A stretch of DNA of 64,000 nucleotides from a bacterium (GCA_031385045.1 JANNBC010000015.1:34810-98809), one strand, 5' to 3'; positions 9,828 through 20,073 are shown, numbered from the stretch's first letter. Made by a program: numbers and translations. The notes: a model not told the origin generated them from the sequence alone.

Positions 9828-9896
9828 ATAATAAGTGATTTTTATCCTATGTCAAAAATCACTTAAGTAATTTTATACCATAGGCAAAAATCACCT
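9828..9896 (-). promoter_or_regulatory. Promoter with tandem 32-bp palindromic operator units for AAA copy 1
   Basis: AAGTGATTTTT-N10-AAAAATCACTT (9833-9864) plus a degenerate repeat at 9865-9896. Minus strand reads TTGACA-N16-TATTAT, 9 nt before the ATG. Confidence 0.75.
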
Positions 9897-10081
9897 TCAA
9901 GTAGAAAATATTTTAATAAAAGAGGCATTGTCAGTACTCTCCGGAATAACTTTCACCAAAACCTCATAAGCATCTGAAGATACTAAGTAATCAGAGTGAT
10001 TTTATTGGGATGACACTAGCTGACAGTTTTAAATTTATGAGGTGCTTTCATTAGCAGTTAGTCTAAAAGTATAAATATTAA

Positions 10082-11170
10082 CTAATCAAACGAAAACGAT
10101 CGATACCAAGGATGCCCCATAAACCCTGGACCCACTTCAATTTTAGCAATAGAGGCTTGAGATGCCGAGTTAAAAACGTCTGGATCAACTTGAATGCATT
10201 TTGGAACATTAAGTCCTGAAGGGGCACCATCAAAGTTAAAATATAAATAATAGGTATAGTAACGTCCATTCTTGGAGCGGTGTTCACGCTTTTCTTTGTT
10301 GATAATTTGTCCATGCACTATAATTGAAGGCTGGGAATCAAGATTAATATTTAGATCGGATAGCATGTTAACTCCGGCTATCGGCATGCACAGTCCTATC
10401 AGCAAGGCAGACTCAATAATAATCCTATGCCCACGAGAAGATCCGCGAAAAACTAGGATCACAACTAAGAAGAAAAAAACTAAGCAAAGCAGGCCAAAAA
10501 TTATGCCCTGTTGGAATAAATACATTCCATCTAAATGATAATCTTGGCGATTAAAGGACCATTCCATAAATCCAGCACTGGCATATCCAAAGAATGACCA
10601 GACGAGAGTTTCTGTAATAAAGGCTTTCCAAACAAATGGATCGTCAAGGAAACCAACCCTAAGTGTTCGATCTCTATTAATACTATCCTTTAAAGCAATT
10701 AATTCGTTTTTTATTTCTTGATTCTGACTACAATCTCCAGGAAGCTTTAAGATTAACTGTCGGCCATCAGATTTTAAATGAATGGCGTCGGATACAAAGA
10801 ATTTTAAAATTGTTTTTCTTAGAGTAGGATCTCCAGTAAGTTTTCGAAAAAAGGACTTACTGTCAGAAGCAATATAAATCAGATCGTCAAATTCTGGATC
10901 TCCAGTTTGAAACTCTTTTGCTAAGCCTAAGTTTTTAAAGAAGCTATCACTGCCAACTTCATTAGTTAATTTAAATTGTGCCGGGAAAGCAAGATCCACG
11001 ATAAAGGAAGTTGCCAGAACGCTACTTTTACTGCGATGTTTAATAATATAAATCTTGTTTCCAGCTACAATAGATTCTTGCTTGCCACTTAAGCTTAAGA
11101 AGATTTGTTTGCTAAAGATTCGAGCTAGAGCTGATAGACCAATGGCAATCAATTTAAATAAAATCCACAT
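10082..11170 (-). CDS. Hypothetical membrane protein
   Basis: 362-aa ORF with several TM segments and a basic C-terminal region (KREHRSKNGRYYTYY). Confidence 0.75.
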   Translation of the reverse strand: MWILFKLIAIGLSALARIFSKQIFLSLSGKQESIVAGNKIYIIKHRSKSSVLATSFIVDLAFPAQFKLTNEVGSDSFFKNLGLAKEFQTGDPEFDDLIYIASDSKSFFRKLTGDPTLRKTILKFFVSDAIHLKSDGRQLILKLPGDCSQNQEIKNELIALKDSINRDRTLRVGFLDDPFVWKAFITETLVWSFFGYASAGFMEWSFNRQDYHLDGMYLFQQGIIFGLLCLVFFFLVVILVFRGSSRGHRIIIESALLIGLCMPIAGVNMLSDLNINLDSQPSIIVHGQIINKEKREHRSKNGRYYTYYLYFNFDGAPSGLNVPKCIQVDPDVFNSASQASIAKIEVGPGFMGHPWYRSFSFD

Positions 11171-11278
11171 TTCTTAATTATTAAAATGTTAGAATTAAAT
11201 CTATGATCCATGGGGGAATTCTAAAGTCTATTAATCTGTAATTTAAGTTATAGTAATCTTCAGTAATAATTTAATTGA

Positions 11279-12172
11279 TTACTGAACCAACTTACCATCA
11301 CAGTCTAACCAATACTCTTGTCCACCAATCATCATCTTGCCTTTATTACATTCAGGTCCAGCTGGTTTTTTAGTATCCGAGAAGTCCGCTTGTTTCACAC
11401 TATCAATTCCGCTAGTTAGGTGATCTTCATCAGCGCGCATATGCAGACTTAGGTTCCCCATTTGTTGAGCTGTTTCAATTTTTAGAGCGTCAGTTGGACT
11501 AAGCTCTAAAGTTACTGTGGAACTGGCGGCTATTTTATTACGGCCAGAAGCAAATCTTTGAGTGGCAGTAGAAGCATCGCCTCCGGTAGAAAGAATCCGA
11601 GAATTCTCTACTACTACTTTACTAGTTAATTGTCCTTCATCAATGTGTGTTAAGACAACATCAACGCTGTTGCCCGGCATTGCCCAACCTTCAACACCAT
11701 GCTTAGCAGAGATATCAATTGTTACAGCTCTCATCCCCGGACTAATTTTAATCAAAGCACCTTCTGGAGTATCTGTTAAATTAATTGCTAAAATTGGTTC
11801 ACCATATTTTAAATCTACTTTAGCAAATTTGTTATGAAGCATTGCTAGGTCATCAACTGCGCCGACTGGCAGTTCAGCTTTTGGCCACATTAATTCACGA
11901 AGCTCAACACTTCCTAAACTTGTTCCCGCTGGAACTGGTTTCGCTGGCGTAAATAAAACTATTGTATCGTTATTAGTTGCTGCCGCTACAGCTTCGGTAG
12001 TCTCTTGAATTTTTGAAGCGGTGGCAGTTCTAGATTGAAGAATAATTACCAGTAATGCTACAACAAGTAGCAAGATCGACATTAAAATTCCAAGCAAGAT
12101 AAATTTCTGCTTTTTGGAATTTAGGTTAATGCTAAAGGTACCGGCTTGTGTTCCAAATTTCCCGCTATTCAT
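11279..12172 (-). CDS. cpaB: Flp pilus assembly protein CpaB/RcpC
   Basis: N-terminal TM, a SAF-like domain, PGMRAVTI, GWAMPGNSVDVVL, TVTLELSP and GNLSLHMR. Confidence 0.9.
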   Translation of the reverse strand: MNSGKFGTQAGTFSINLNSKKQKFILLGILMSILLLVVALLVIILQSRTATASKIQETTEAVAAATNNDTIVLFTPAKPVPAGTSLGSVELRELMWPKAELPVGAVDDLAMLHNKFAKVDLKYGEPILAINLTDTPEGALIKISPGMRAVTIDISAKHGVEGWAMPGNSVDVVLTHIDEGQLTSKVVVENSRILSTGGDASTATQRFASGRNKIAASSTVTLELSPTDALKIETAQQMGNLSLHMRADEDHLTSGIDSVKQADFSDTKKPAGPECNKGKMMIGGQEYWLDCDGKLVQ

Positions 12173-12312
12173 AACAAAATCCCTTTTGTTACCTACGAAA
12201 CATCCTTGTAAGTAATTATTTTTGTAAATTTACTCAGATTTTAAAGCTTTCAAGAACATTCAAGTTTGAAAAATGCTTTAATAAAATTAACTCTCTGAGT
12301 AATTGCCTATTC

Positions 12313-12340
12313 ATATCGGCATGTTATAGGATGCACTTTA
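12313..12340 (-). promoter_or_regulatory. sigma28 (FliA/WhiG)-like promoter upstream of cpaB
   Basis: Minus strand reads TAAAG-N15-GCCGATAT. Confidence 0.6.
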
Positions 12341-12745
12341 AGCCTTTTTTGGTTTCAAATCGTAAATTTAAAAAGTCAATACTTTTGGGGGCTTTTTTTA
12401 ATTTAATTAACTTAAACTTATTGGGTAATAAATCGAGACTTTTGAATATCTTATCAACAAAAAAAACTGAAAAACTTGTGCTTTTTGCCACTTTCGCCAA
12501 TAATTTTTAGAAGTTTTAAATAAAAAAATTTATAGCCAGTTAGCCCTTTTACGAGTAAATTGATAATCAGTTACAAGGAAAATTTGCTATCTGCCGTAAT
12601 TTCTTTAATTATCAGAAATAAGTGGTTTTTACAGAAAGCTACCCCTCGTTTTGTATAAACTTCTGGGAAATTAGCGGTTTTAAGCATTTCTGGTAGAACT
12701 ATAAAATTATTAACAAAAAATCATCGAATATAACGGTTAAAATAT

Positions 12746-13822
12746 ATGAAAAAAATTATCATCCCAGTTGTTATTGTTATTTTAGCCTTAGGGGCATATT
12801 TTTTTACAGGAAAAAACGAGAGTAAATCTTTTGAGCCACTTGCCAACAACACTGGTAAAAAACCAGTAACAGAAGTGACAGGCAGCTCTGCTACGACAAC
12901 AACTCCACCAATCGAGCCGGTGAAAGGTAGTAGCGATGAAGACTTAGAAAATCTTTATGACGAAGAGATTCTCCCTGCAACTGATGTTTATCCTTCAGCA
13001 CGAGAGGCTTACGACAAAATTATGGCTTCCATTAAAAGTTACGATGATATCGTACTAGAACAATTTGCTGGGCTAAACGCTAGTAATTGCACCTGGTGTC
13101 CAGAATTGTTTGCTAGCTTAAAAGAATCAATGATTGCGGCAAAAGATGATGATACGAAGAGTTACTTAGCTGAGCTATTAGCAATCACAGGCGATCAGGG
13201 TAACATCGAAACGATCTTAGAGGCTTATAAAAATGGGAATGAAAGTGATCAAGAAATTTACTTAGAGTCATTAGAAATGACTGCAGGAGACGATAATTTA
13301 GTTGCATTCTTAAATGGAAAAATCGAAGGAGCGCCAGAGCCACTTAAAGAATCATTAATTGCAGCAATTAGTAATCATGGTTCCCTTTCTGCGGTAGAAA
13401 GTCTTTACGAACAAACAAAAGCTAAAGGCGATCCTAATGGCTACTATGATTTTGGAATGGGCTTAGGAGAAGTTATTCCTGATGCCGAAGCACTACCAAA
13501 GCTAATCGATATTGCTAACCAAAAAGATCAGTACTCCCATTTAGCGGTGAAGTCCTTGCTAAACTATGGAGACGAAGGTCTGCGGGAAGTTTTTAATATT
13601 ATAAGTAGCTCTAATGACTCTGCCTTAAATGGAAAATTATTGGCTGACGCGATCGATCATGTAAGTTTTAATGAAGATACTGAAGCCTTAATTGATGAGG
13701 TGCTTGCTAACAATTCTAATCCTGATGCTCAGAAATTCGCTAAGGAAATTAAAGATGAGATGGCGTACGAGCTAAACAATAGTGATGCTGATACGGCAGA
13801 AGATGTAGCTGGTGAAGAATAG
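12746..13822 (+). CDS. Membrane-anchored acidic HEAT-repeat-like protein
   Basis: N-terminal anchor, repeated helical LAELLAITG / LIAAISNHG / AVKSLLNYG units, and a CTWC motif. Confidence 0.65.
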   Translation: MKKIIIPVVIVILALGAYFFTGKNESKSFEPLANNTGKKPVTEVTGSSATTTTPPIEPVKGSSDEDLENLYDEEILPATDVYPSAREAYDKIMASIKSYDDIVLEQFAGLNASNCTWCPELFASLKESMIAAKDDDTKSYLAELLAITGDQGNIETILEAYKNGNESDQEIYLESLEMTAGDDNLVAFLNGKIEGAPEPLKESLIAAISNHGSLSAVESLYEQTKAKGDPNGYYDFGMGLGEVIPDAEALPKLIDIANQKDQYSHLAVKSLLNYGDEGLREVFNIISSSNDSALNGKLLADAIDHVSFNEDTEALIDEVLANNSNPDAQKFAKEIKDEMAYELNNSDADTAEDVAGEE

Positions 13823-13832
13823 TAATACCTAC

Positions 13833-13864
13833 AGTGATACTAAGAGAAATCTCTTAGTATCACT
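13833..13864. terminator. Hairpin between convergent genes (probable bidirectional terminator)
   Basis: AGTGATACTAAGAGA-AA-TCTCTTAGTATCACT, perfect 15-bp arms. Confidence 0.7.
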
Positions 13865-13869
13865 CCTTC

Positions 13870-15051
13870 CTAACTAAGAAAAGTTTTCTTAGGATGATTA
13901 ATTCGAAGAAATATATAACCCACAACGATATAGGCAATCAGCATTACCTCGCTATCTCCAAAACTATACTCAACAAGTCCTGCTACCATCCAAGCAAGAA
14001 TTGCCGCCAAAGCAGTTAGGAGTAAAAGATCATTAGCAAGTTTCTCCCGCGTCCAAGTTTGATATCCAAGATATAGTAAGCTTAAAAAAAATGTACCAAA
14101 TAGTACTAAGGATAGAACTCCACCCTCAACTAAAATATTTAGATAGTTACTATGAAAATGTTTTAAATTTTCAGGAATGATACTAGAGAAATCCTGTAAA
14201 TGACGGCTATTAGCAAAGCCAATTCCTAAGGGGTAACGCCCTGCCAGCTCAACTCCAATTTCCCAGATATCATAACGTCCACCAGAAATTAAGAAATGAT
14301 CAATTGAGTGGAGCAGCCTCTCCCGCATTGATTCAATGAAAACAAGTGGCAGAATAAGTACTGGGCAAAAAACAAAAAGTAATTTGGGGCGATAAGCTAG
14401 GCACAAGCAAACACCAGCAACAGCAACTCCAAGTAATGGGCCCCGTTTCATATTTAAAATTAAGGCAGCAAAAATTAGCAGTAAGGCCAAACAGGTAGCA
14501 ATAATCCAAGTCCGCGATCTTTTCTTTTGAGTTACTAAGGCTAAGCAGGCAAATGCTAAAAAAATGGAGATTGTGATTTGCCCAGACTCACTAACTGCAC
14601 CAACAAATAGCTGATTAAACACAGTGGGATTAATAAACTCTAAGATTGAATGAAAGCTAGCGATTGCTTGCCCTGCAATTAGACAAAGAAAAGGACGTAA
14701 TGCTCCAGACTTGAGTAAATGATAAGAGACCAGCATGGAAGAGGAATAAAAGCTTAGCTCTAATAGCTTACGGTAGCTTTTAAGGGGATCTAAACCAAAG
14801 GAAGCTGAGGCAAAGAGACTAAGGATTAAAAAGATCCAAAGATTTCCAAGCCGAGGGAATACTTCAAAAATTTCAGTTAGCTTTTTATTTATTATTAGAT
14901 AAGTTAAGCCAGAGAGCATTAATGGGAAAAAGCTAACGTAAGCTAAGACTAGTTTTAATGGGATACAGAAAAGAAAGACACAGAGAAGATTAAAGCCATG
15001 GCGCTCAAATAAATTATTGTTTAAACTGATAATATTATTTTTATTTATCAT
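13870..15051 (-). CDS. O-antigen ligase (WaaL/Wzy_C) family protein
   Basis: Polytopic membrane protein with KRGPLLG, SGGRYDIW, PLGIG and HFHSNYLNILVEGG. Start uncertain (ATG at 15051 or TTG at 15105). Confidence 0.85.
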   Translation of the reverse strand: MINKNNIISLNNNLFERHGFNLLCVFLFCIPLKLVLAYVSFFPLMLSGLTYLIINKKLTEIFEVFPRLGNLWIFLILSLFASASFGLDPLKSYRKLLELSFYSSSMLVSYHLLKSGALRPFLCLIAGQAIASFHSILEFINPTVFNQLFVGAVSESGQITISIFLAFACLALVTQKKRSRTWIIATCLALLLIFAALILNMKRGPLLGVAVAGVCLCLAYRPKLLFVFCPVLILPLVFIESMRERLLHSIDHFLISGGRYDIWEIGVELAGRYPLGIGFANSRHLQDFSSIIPENLKHFHSNYLNILVEGGVLSLVLFGTFFLSLLYLGYQTWTREKLANDLLLLTALAAILAWMVAGLVEYSFGDSEVMLIAYIVVGYIFLRINHPKKTFLS

Positions 15052-15058
15052 TACCACT

Positions 15059-15520
15059 GTGAAAAAGACTTTAATATTTTTAACACTATTACTAGTCACT
15101 TGCAAAGCATCTGCGGCTGACCACTCCTACCTTGTTGGGGAGCATAGTAGCAAGCTTTTTCCATTAGTTGGCGCCCCTAAAGAGAAAATGAATAATAGCT
15201 TAACTGGTAAAAGCATTTGGACCTATAAAGATTTTAAAGTACTAATTAGAAAAGACCAGGTAATTCAGGTTCTAGATTTAAATAAATCTAATATCCCGGC
15301 TAATCAACCAAAGATTACTAAAGCTATAGCTATTTCGGTTGAACCACATCTAGCTGAGTCTCCAACGAAAGAGGCTGACTCAAATATGTTAGGTGAAATT
15401 ATGAAAGAATTAGAAACAAAAACTACAGCGGGTAAACCGGCAGCACCTGGGCAAGCTCCTAATCTCTTAAATCCTCAAGCAAATAGTCTACAAAATAATA
15501 TGTTAAAGTTTAAGCAGTAA
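15059..15520 (+). CDS. Secreted hypothetical protein
   Basis: Probable GTG start at 15059 gives a signal peptide (MKKTLIFLTLLLVTCKASA). The ORF track starts at 15017. Confidence 0.65.
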   Translation: MKKTLIFLTLLLVTCKASAADHSYLVGEHSSKLFPLVGAPKEKMNNSLTGKSIWTYKDFKVLIRKDQVIQVLDLNKSNIPANQPKITKAIAISVEPHLAESPTKEADSNMLGEIMKELETKTTAGKPAAPGQAPNLLNPQANSLQNNMLKFKQ

Positions 15521-15598
15521 CCAATTCAGTTCGGTAATCCCTAATTGCTTTTGGTACATCTGCCAACGCAAGTCAGATTCTATTAATTGATTATGTAT

Positions 15599-17092
15599 TC
15601 AATAATCAAATTTCAAATGATTATTATTCGCTTGATAAACTCTGGTTAACTTCTCATTTTGAGTAGAGAAGTTTCTTTCATATTTATCAGTGAACACAAT
15701 AGAAGTCTGTGGTACTTGTTGGTTGATTTCTAGGTATGGAGAAGGCCTAGTGATTGCCTGATTTAAGTCTTGAATAGCGTAAGTCTGATGGCCAACTAAA
15801 CAGGCTAATAAGATCGACAGTGTTAGCAAACGAGAGAGCTTTTTGTGACGTCCAGAGTTAAGGTTTTTTAGGATGACAACTGTTAAATAAAAAATTGGTA
15901 CTACGGAATAGTAACAAAAGGGATTAAACATTGGCTGGAAGTTAGAAATTATAATAGCAAAAACTAAAGGTATTACGGGCAGAGCTTCGATCAATAAATT
16001 TGTTACCTGAGGTAATCGACTTCTTTTACGAAACATAAATACTAAGAGGGGTATTAGCGGAGTGAAGGTAAATACAATCCACTTACTTTTTTGAAGAATG
16101 AAATCAGCACTAAAAAGGTCATTGGGGCTAGCAATCCTAGCATCAGCACTAAACGTTGATAAAAATATGTGATTGGGCAAGATAATTGTATAAAGAAAAA
16201 AGGATAAGCTTGTAATTGCTCCAAACACTATCCAGGCTAGCGAATTTCTCCTTATTTCCGGCACTTGTCGATAATTGCTAATAATTACTTTTAAACAAAA
16301 GCCAGCACTTACTAAAAACATTGTTTCTTTAAAGCAACAACTAATTGCAAGTAGCAAGATACTTAGACAATCTTTATTTTTATTTAGGGCATAGTAAGCA
16401 CCAAGGAGAAATGGCAAAGCATAAATCTCATCACGGACTTCCCAGAGCAAGCTGATCCGCACAGCTGGTAATAAAATAATTAACGTTAAGCCTAAATAAC
16501 TAATTAACAGTGGATGTTTTTCTCTAATAATTAAATGAGCAAAAATTAGTGAGCTACTAACTGCTAAGACATGAAAAAGGACTAAAATTACTTCAGGGGC
16601 ATTCCAAATCTTATTGATTAATCCTGGCAGGTAGAGATAGGGTGAAAAGTGATGCGTTAAAAGATTTTGCCATCCGTAGTCGATTAGCGAAGTTTGAAGA
16701 CCTAGTCCCTTACTAAAATTCAGTACAGCTTGAGAGAAAATTGCGAAATCAACCCCCTCCGCCCCCACTTTAATCCTAGCTAGTTGGATAATCAAAATAT
16801 AAAGGGGAAATAAAATCAGTAAAGCTCTAATTAATTTAAGGTTACTTTTAATTGAAAGATGCTGAGGCAAATCATATTTTGCTCCTAGGAATAAGACGAT
16901 GGCACTTAGGCATAGAATTGGAATAAATATTTGAAATTTGAAATCTAGGTAGTAAGCCAGAAGTAATAAACAGGGTAGGATCGTTTTAATTTTCACTTTA
17001 TTTACAAGAATTAATCTTTGACACCAAGCGACACCAATGCTAGTGTGCATTTTACACACTATGAAAATAGAACATAAATATGAATTGTTCAA
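15599..17092 (-). CDS. DUF2079-like membrane protein (putative GT-C glycosyltransferase)
   Basis: DFAIFSQAV...HHFSPYLYL and CFKE motifs; many TM helices. True start is probably downstream of 17092. Confidence 0.7.
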   Translation of the reverse strand: MNNSYLCSIFIVCKMHTSIGVAWCQRLILVNKVKIKTILPCLLLLAYYLDFKFQIFIPILCLSAIVLFLGAKYDLPQHLSIKSNLKLIRALLILFPLYILIIQLARIKVGAEGVDFAIFSQAVLNFSKGLGLQTSLIDYGWQNLLTHHFSPYLYLPGLINKIWNAPEVILVLFHVLAVSSSLIFAHLIIREKHPLLISYLGLTLIILLPAVRISLLWEVRDEIYALPFLLGAYYALNKNKDCLSILLLAISCCFKETMFLVSAGFCLKVIISNYRQVPEIRRNSLAWIVFGAITSLSFFLYTIILPNHIFLSTFSADARIASPNDLFSADFILQKSKWIVFTFTPLIPLLVFMFRKRSRLPQVTNLLIEALPVIPLVFAIIISNFQPMFNPFCYYSVVPIFYLTVVILKNLNSGRHKKLSRLLTLSILLACLVGHQTYAIQDLNQAITRPSPYLEINQQVPQTSIVFTDKYERNFSTQNEKLTRVYQANNNHLKFDY

Positions 17093-17180
17093 CTACTTAT
17101 TATTGATCTTTTTGGTAGCGTATTAACTCTCAGTTAAATATGATCAGATACTGTGAATTTTCTAAGAGCACTTTGTTTGT

Positions 17181-18023
17181 TTGAAATTTAAGGAAGACCA
17201 ATTGCCTGAATTATCAGAAAAGAAAACAAACAAATTACTAAAACTTATTGCCCGCCCCTTTGTCTCCTTTGCTCTCCGGCATGGGTTAAAGATTCAAGTT
17301 TTATCTGAGACAATTAAAATTAGCTTCCTTAATGAAGCAATTAGAATTTTAGAAGACAAAGACGAAAATATTACGGTTGCCAAGCTGGCGGTGATGACAG
17401 GAATTCATCGTCGGGATATTAATCGTATCTATGTTGAAGATCGGCCTAAAACTATTTCGATAGATCTAATTAGCAAGGTAATTGGAGAATGGACCTTAAA
17501 TAAAAAATATCAAACAAAATCTGGTAAATACAAAGATTTAAGCTTTGAAGGAAGAGAGAGCGAGTTCACGCAATTAGTTCAAAAGGTCAGTCGTGAATTA
17601 AAACCAGGGATGATCTTATTTGAACTAGAAAGATCGGGGAATGTAGAAAGAAAAGGGAAACTATTAAAGTTAGTTAATAAAGCTTTTGTGAATAATAAAA
17701 ATATTTCACAAAATTTTGAGATGCTTGCTGGTGACTTAGAAGATTTAATTTTATCTGTCGAGCAGAATAATCATGCGGAACAAGAGGATCTAAATCTTCA
17801 TGCCAAAACTTTATTTGATAATATTCCAGAATCAGACCTGCCAAATCTTAAAAAGAAATTACTGCAACTAGGAAATAAATATCACACTGAAGTTCGTGAG
17901 TTATTAAGTAAACATGATCGTGATTTTAATCCAAAACACAAACCATCTGAACCTGCGGGACGCATTTCCTTCGGCACATTTAGTAATACCTTATATTTAG
18001 AAAATAAAAAAAATGAGAAATAA
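17181..18023 (+). CDS. DUF6502-like protein with an HTH-like segment
   Basis: RPFVSFALRHGL, LAVMTGIHRRDI, VIGEW, FTQLV...ELERSG. Confidence 0.7.
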   Translation: MKFKEDQLPELSEKKTNKLLKLIARPFVSFALRHGLKIQVLSETIKISFLNEAIRILEDKDENITVAKLAVMTGIHRRDINRIYVEDRPKTISIDLISKVIGEWTLNKKYQTKSGKYKDLSFEGRESEFTQLVQKVSRELKPGMILFELERSGNVERKGKLLKLVNKAFVNNKNISQNFEMLAGDLEDLILSVEQNNHAEQEDLNLHAKTLFDNIPESDLPNLKKKLLQLGNKYHTEVRELLSKHDRDFNPKHKPSEPAGRISFGTFSNTLYLENKKNEK

Positions 18024-18768
18024 ACTTACTTTATTAATTCTTCTAACTATTACTGGAGGCTTATTGTCTTGCGCTGGAGGCGGAACATCCGGGACGGGAT
18101 TAGCATCTGCTCGGATCCTTTCGGGCACCGTCACGCAGTCTGAGGGTGAGCCAGTAGAAAATGCTGTTGTCACAATTCAAGAAACTGGTGAATCCGATTT
18201 AACTGATGCCAATGGTGAGTTTGAAATTGGAACTGAACTAGTTACAGATACTTATAATATCCAAATTGAGGGAAGCGACTTAGACACAATGGTGACTGTG
18301 GAGACAATCTCTGATGATACTCAAAACCTGCAAGTAGATATTAATTTAAACAATAGTGATATTAATACCTCTTCAACGCTAAGCACAATTGAAGTCTGGG
18401 CAAAGGTTGTTGGTTTTTGTGATCCGTTATTTGAAAACAATCCAAGAATTCGTCAGTCGGTTGCTGTTCCAGAAAACTCTATTTGCACACTGAAATTTTA
18501 TGCCAGCAGTAACAATCAAAAATTAGAACGAGTTCCTGCCATTTTAGAGGTTAGTAGCTGTGATGGACTTAACTGGCAAGAGGTGGCAACTGGGACTACT
18601 GGCGTTGGGAATCGAGCAGGAGTTGGCCAAATACCTTTTGCCTTTATCGACGATGCTGATCATTGTTTGTATCGTCTACAAGCACCGGTGGATGTTGCAA
18701 ACGTAAGACCAGTAGTAGTTTATATTGATACGTTTACTTATCAGAATTATCTGTTGGCTTTGCGATAA
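18013..18768 (+). CDS. Lipoprotein with a carboxypeptidase-regulatory-like domain
   Basis: Lipobox LLSC, GGGTSGTG, and GTVTQSEGEPVENAVV...TDANGEF. Confidence 0.8.
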   Translation: MRNKLTLLILLTITGGLLSCAGGGTSGTGLASARILSGTVTQSEGEPVENAVVTIQETGESDLTDANGEFEIGTELVTDTYNIQIEGSDLDTMVTVETISDDTQNLQVDINLNNSDINTSSTLSTIEVWAKVVGFCDPLFENNPRIRQSVAVPENSICTLKFYASSNNQKLERVPAILEVSSCDGLNWQEVATGTTGVGNRAGVGQIPFAFIDDADHCLYRLQAPVDVANVRPVVVYIDTFTYQNYLLALR

Positions 18769-18782
18769 CAGCCTTCACTGAC

Positions 18783-18824
18783 TTGAGAGAGCTTAAGAAA
18801 CCACGACTCCTAAGCTCTCATCAA
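18783..18824. terminator. Imperfect hairpin between convergent genes
   Basis: GAGAGCTTA...TAAGCTCTC arms. Confidence 0.5.
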
Positions 18825-18836
18825 TTAATTTCCAAT

Positions 18837-19949
18837 TTAGCGTTGAGTTAATCTTTGTAAAATTGCTAAATCTTTGCGCACATCCCTAGTTAAAACAAAG
18901 AGATTCTTTTGAATCGCTCCTAGCTCAGAGAACTTAGATGCTGAGTTAATCCCTGCTTGTAATTTATCGGCATCAAGTCCATCAGGGGTCTCGGTTGGAC
19001 TAAGATTAATACTAATCGTGTTCTTAATTGGTAATGTTTTATAGATGCGATAAAGCGATTGTCGCTTAGTAAGCAATTGATTGTAACTTGCCAAATCACC
19101 ATTAAGCTTATTTTTTAAATGATCAAAAGCAGAACTTCGTTTTTCTGTTGGCTCAGAGGCAAGACTGACCATTTGAGAACTTGGAGCACTAGCAACAAGT
19201 AATGTTTTCTCTACTGGCTTGGCACTTAGCGCAATTTGTAACCGCTGAACTTCTTGTTCCAGGCTAGAAATTTTATTTGTGGCCTCAGATAATTGAGAAT
19301 TGTTTTTACTCAAGTCAGCTCCACGATTCATTGCTAAGTTTTCGTACTCACGTAGCTCTTGATCCTTAGCCTCTAGTCTTGTTTGTAATCTAGCAACTTG
19401 TTGCCTAGCATCTTGCAGGGCTTGTTGATAATTATCACTAGAAGAATTTTCTGCTAATTCATAATTCTTAATTACCTTTTCTTTGTCAGAAAGATCTTCT
19501 TGCAGACTAATTAGACGTTTATCTGCCTGCTTAATTTGTAACTTGTAGGAATCTTCCACATCGCGACAAGAGCACTCCGGGGCTACAGGACACTCGCGTT
19601 CCTCAGGACATTTTAAACTAACAGTTTGTGGACAGGCCTCATGTTCCACTGCCGGGCAATCACAGCTTGGACAGGCAGCTTGATTTTTAGCCTTCATCTC
19701 AGCCATTAAGTTGGTCTCAGAGAACTCACTATCTATAGCTTTAAACTTTTGTTCATTATTAATGGCAATGATCTTATTTTGAAGCTCTTCCACTTTTAGC
19801 TCCAATTCAGCAACATAATCGACTAGTTGGTACCCTTGGTCATCAACCCGATAAGCGCGTCCATCTGGCAGGCGTCCATTATCATCACTATCTTCAGCGA
19901 AAAGCGGGCAAGCAAGGAGCAGGAGTAAGCAGAAAACTAATTTTTTCAT
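18837..19949 (-). CDS. Secreted coiled-coil protein with a Cys-Pro-rich segment
   Basis: Signal peptide, a CPSCDCP...CPEERECPVAPECSC segment, and long heptad-like stretches. Confidence 0.8.
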   Translation of the reverse strand: MKKLVFCLLLLLACPLFAEDSDDNGRLPDGRAYRVDDQGYQLVDYVAELELKVEELQNKIIAINNEQKFKAIDSEFSETNLMAEMKAKNQAACPSCDCPAVEHEACPQTVSLKCPEERECPVAPECSCRDVEDSYKLQIKQADKRLISLQEDLSDKEKVIKNYELAENSSSDNYQQALQDARQQVARLQTRLEAKDQELREYENLAMNRGADLSKNNSQLSEATNKISSLEQEVQRLQIALSAKPVEKTLLVASAPSSQMVSLASEPTEKRSSAFDHLKNKLNGDLASYNQLLTKRQSLYRIYKTLPIKNTISINLSPTETPDGLDADKLQAGINSASKFSELGAIQKNLFVLTRDVRKDLAILQRLTQR

Positions 19950-20073
19950 TTTTATAGTTTAGTAAAAATTTAAGTTGAAATTCGTCTAATACTGTAGTGT
20001 TGAGCTGATTCACATTGGAACAGGCTGGAAGCAACACTATACAATTTGTCCTGAATTTTATAGCATATTCTCA

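Noticed and set aside
9833..9896. Tandem 32-bp palindromic repeats as a mini-CRISPR array
   Set aside because: Only two abutting units, no spacers, and no cas genes. Overlap with a promoter fits an operator better.
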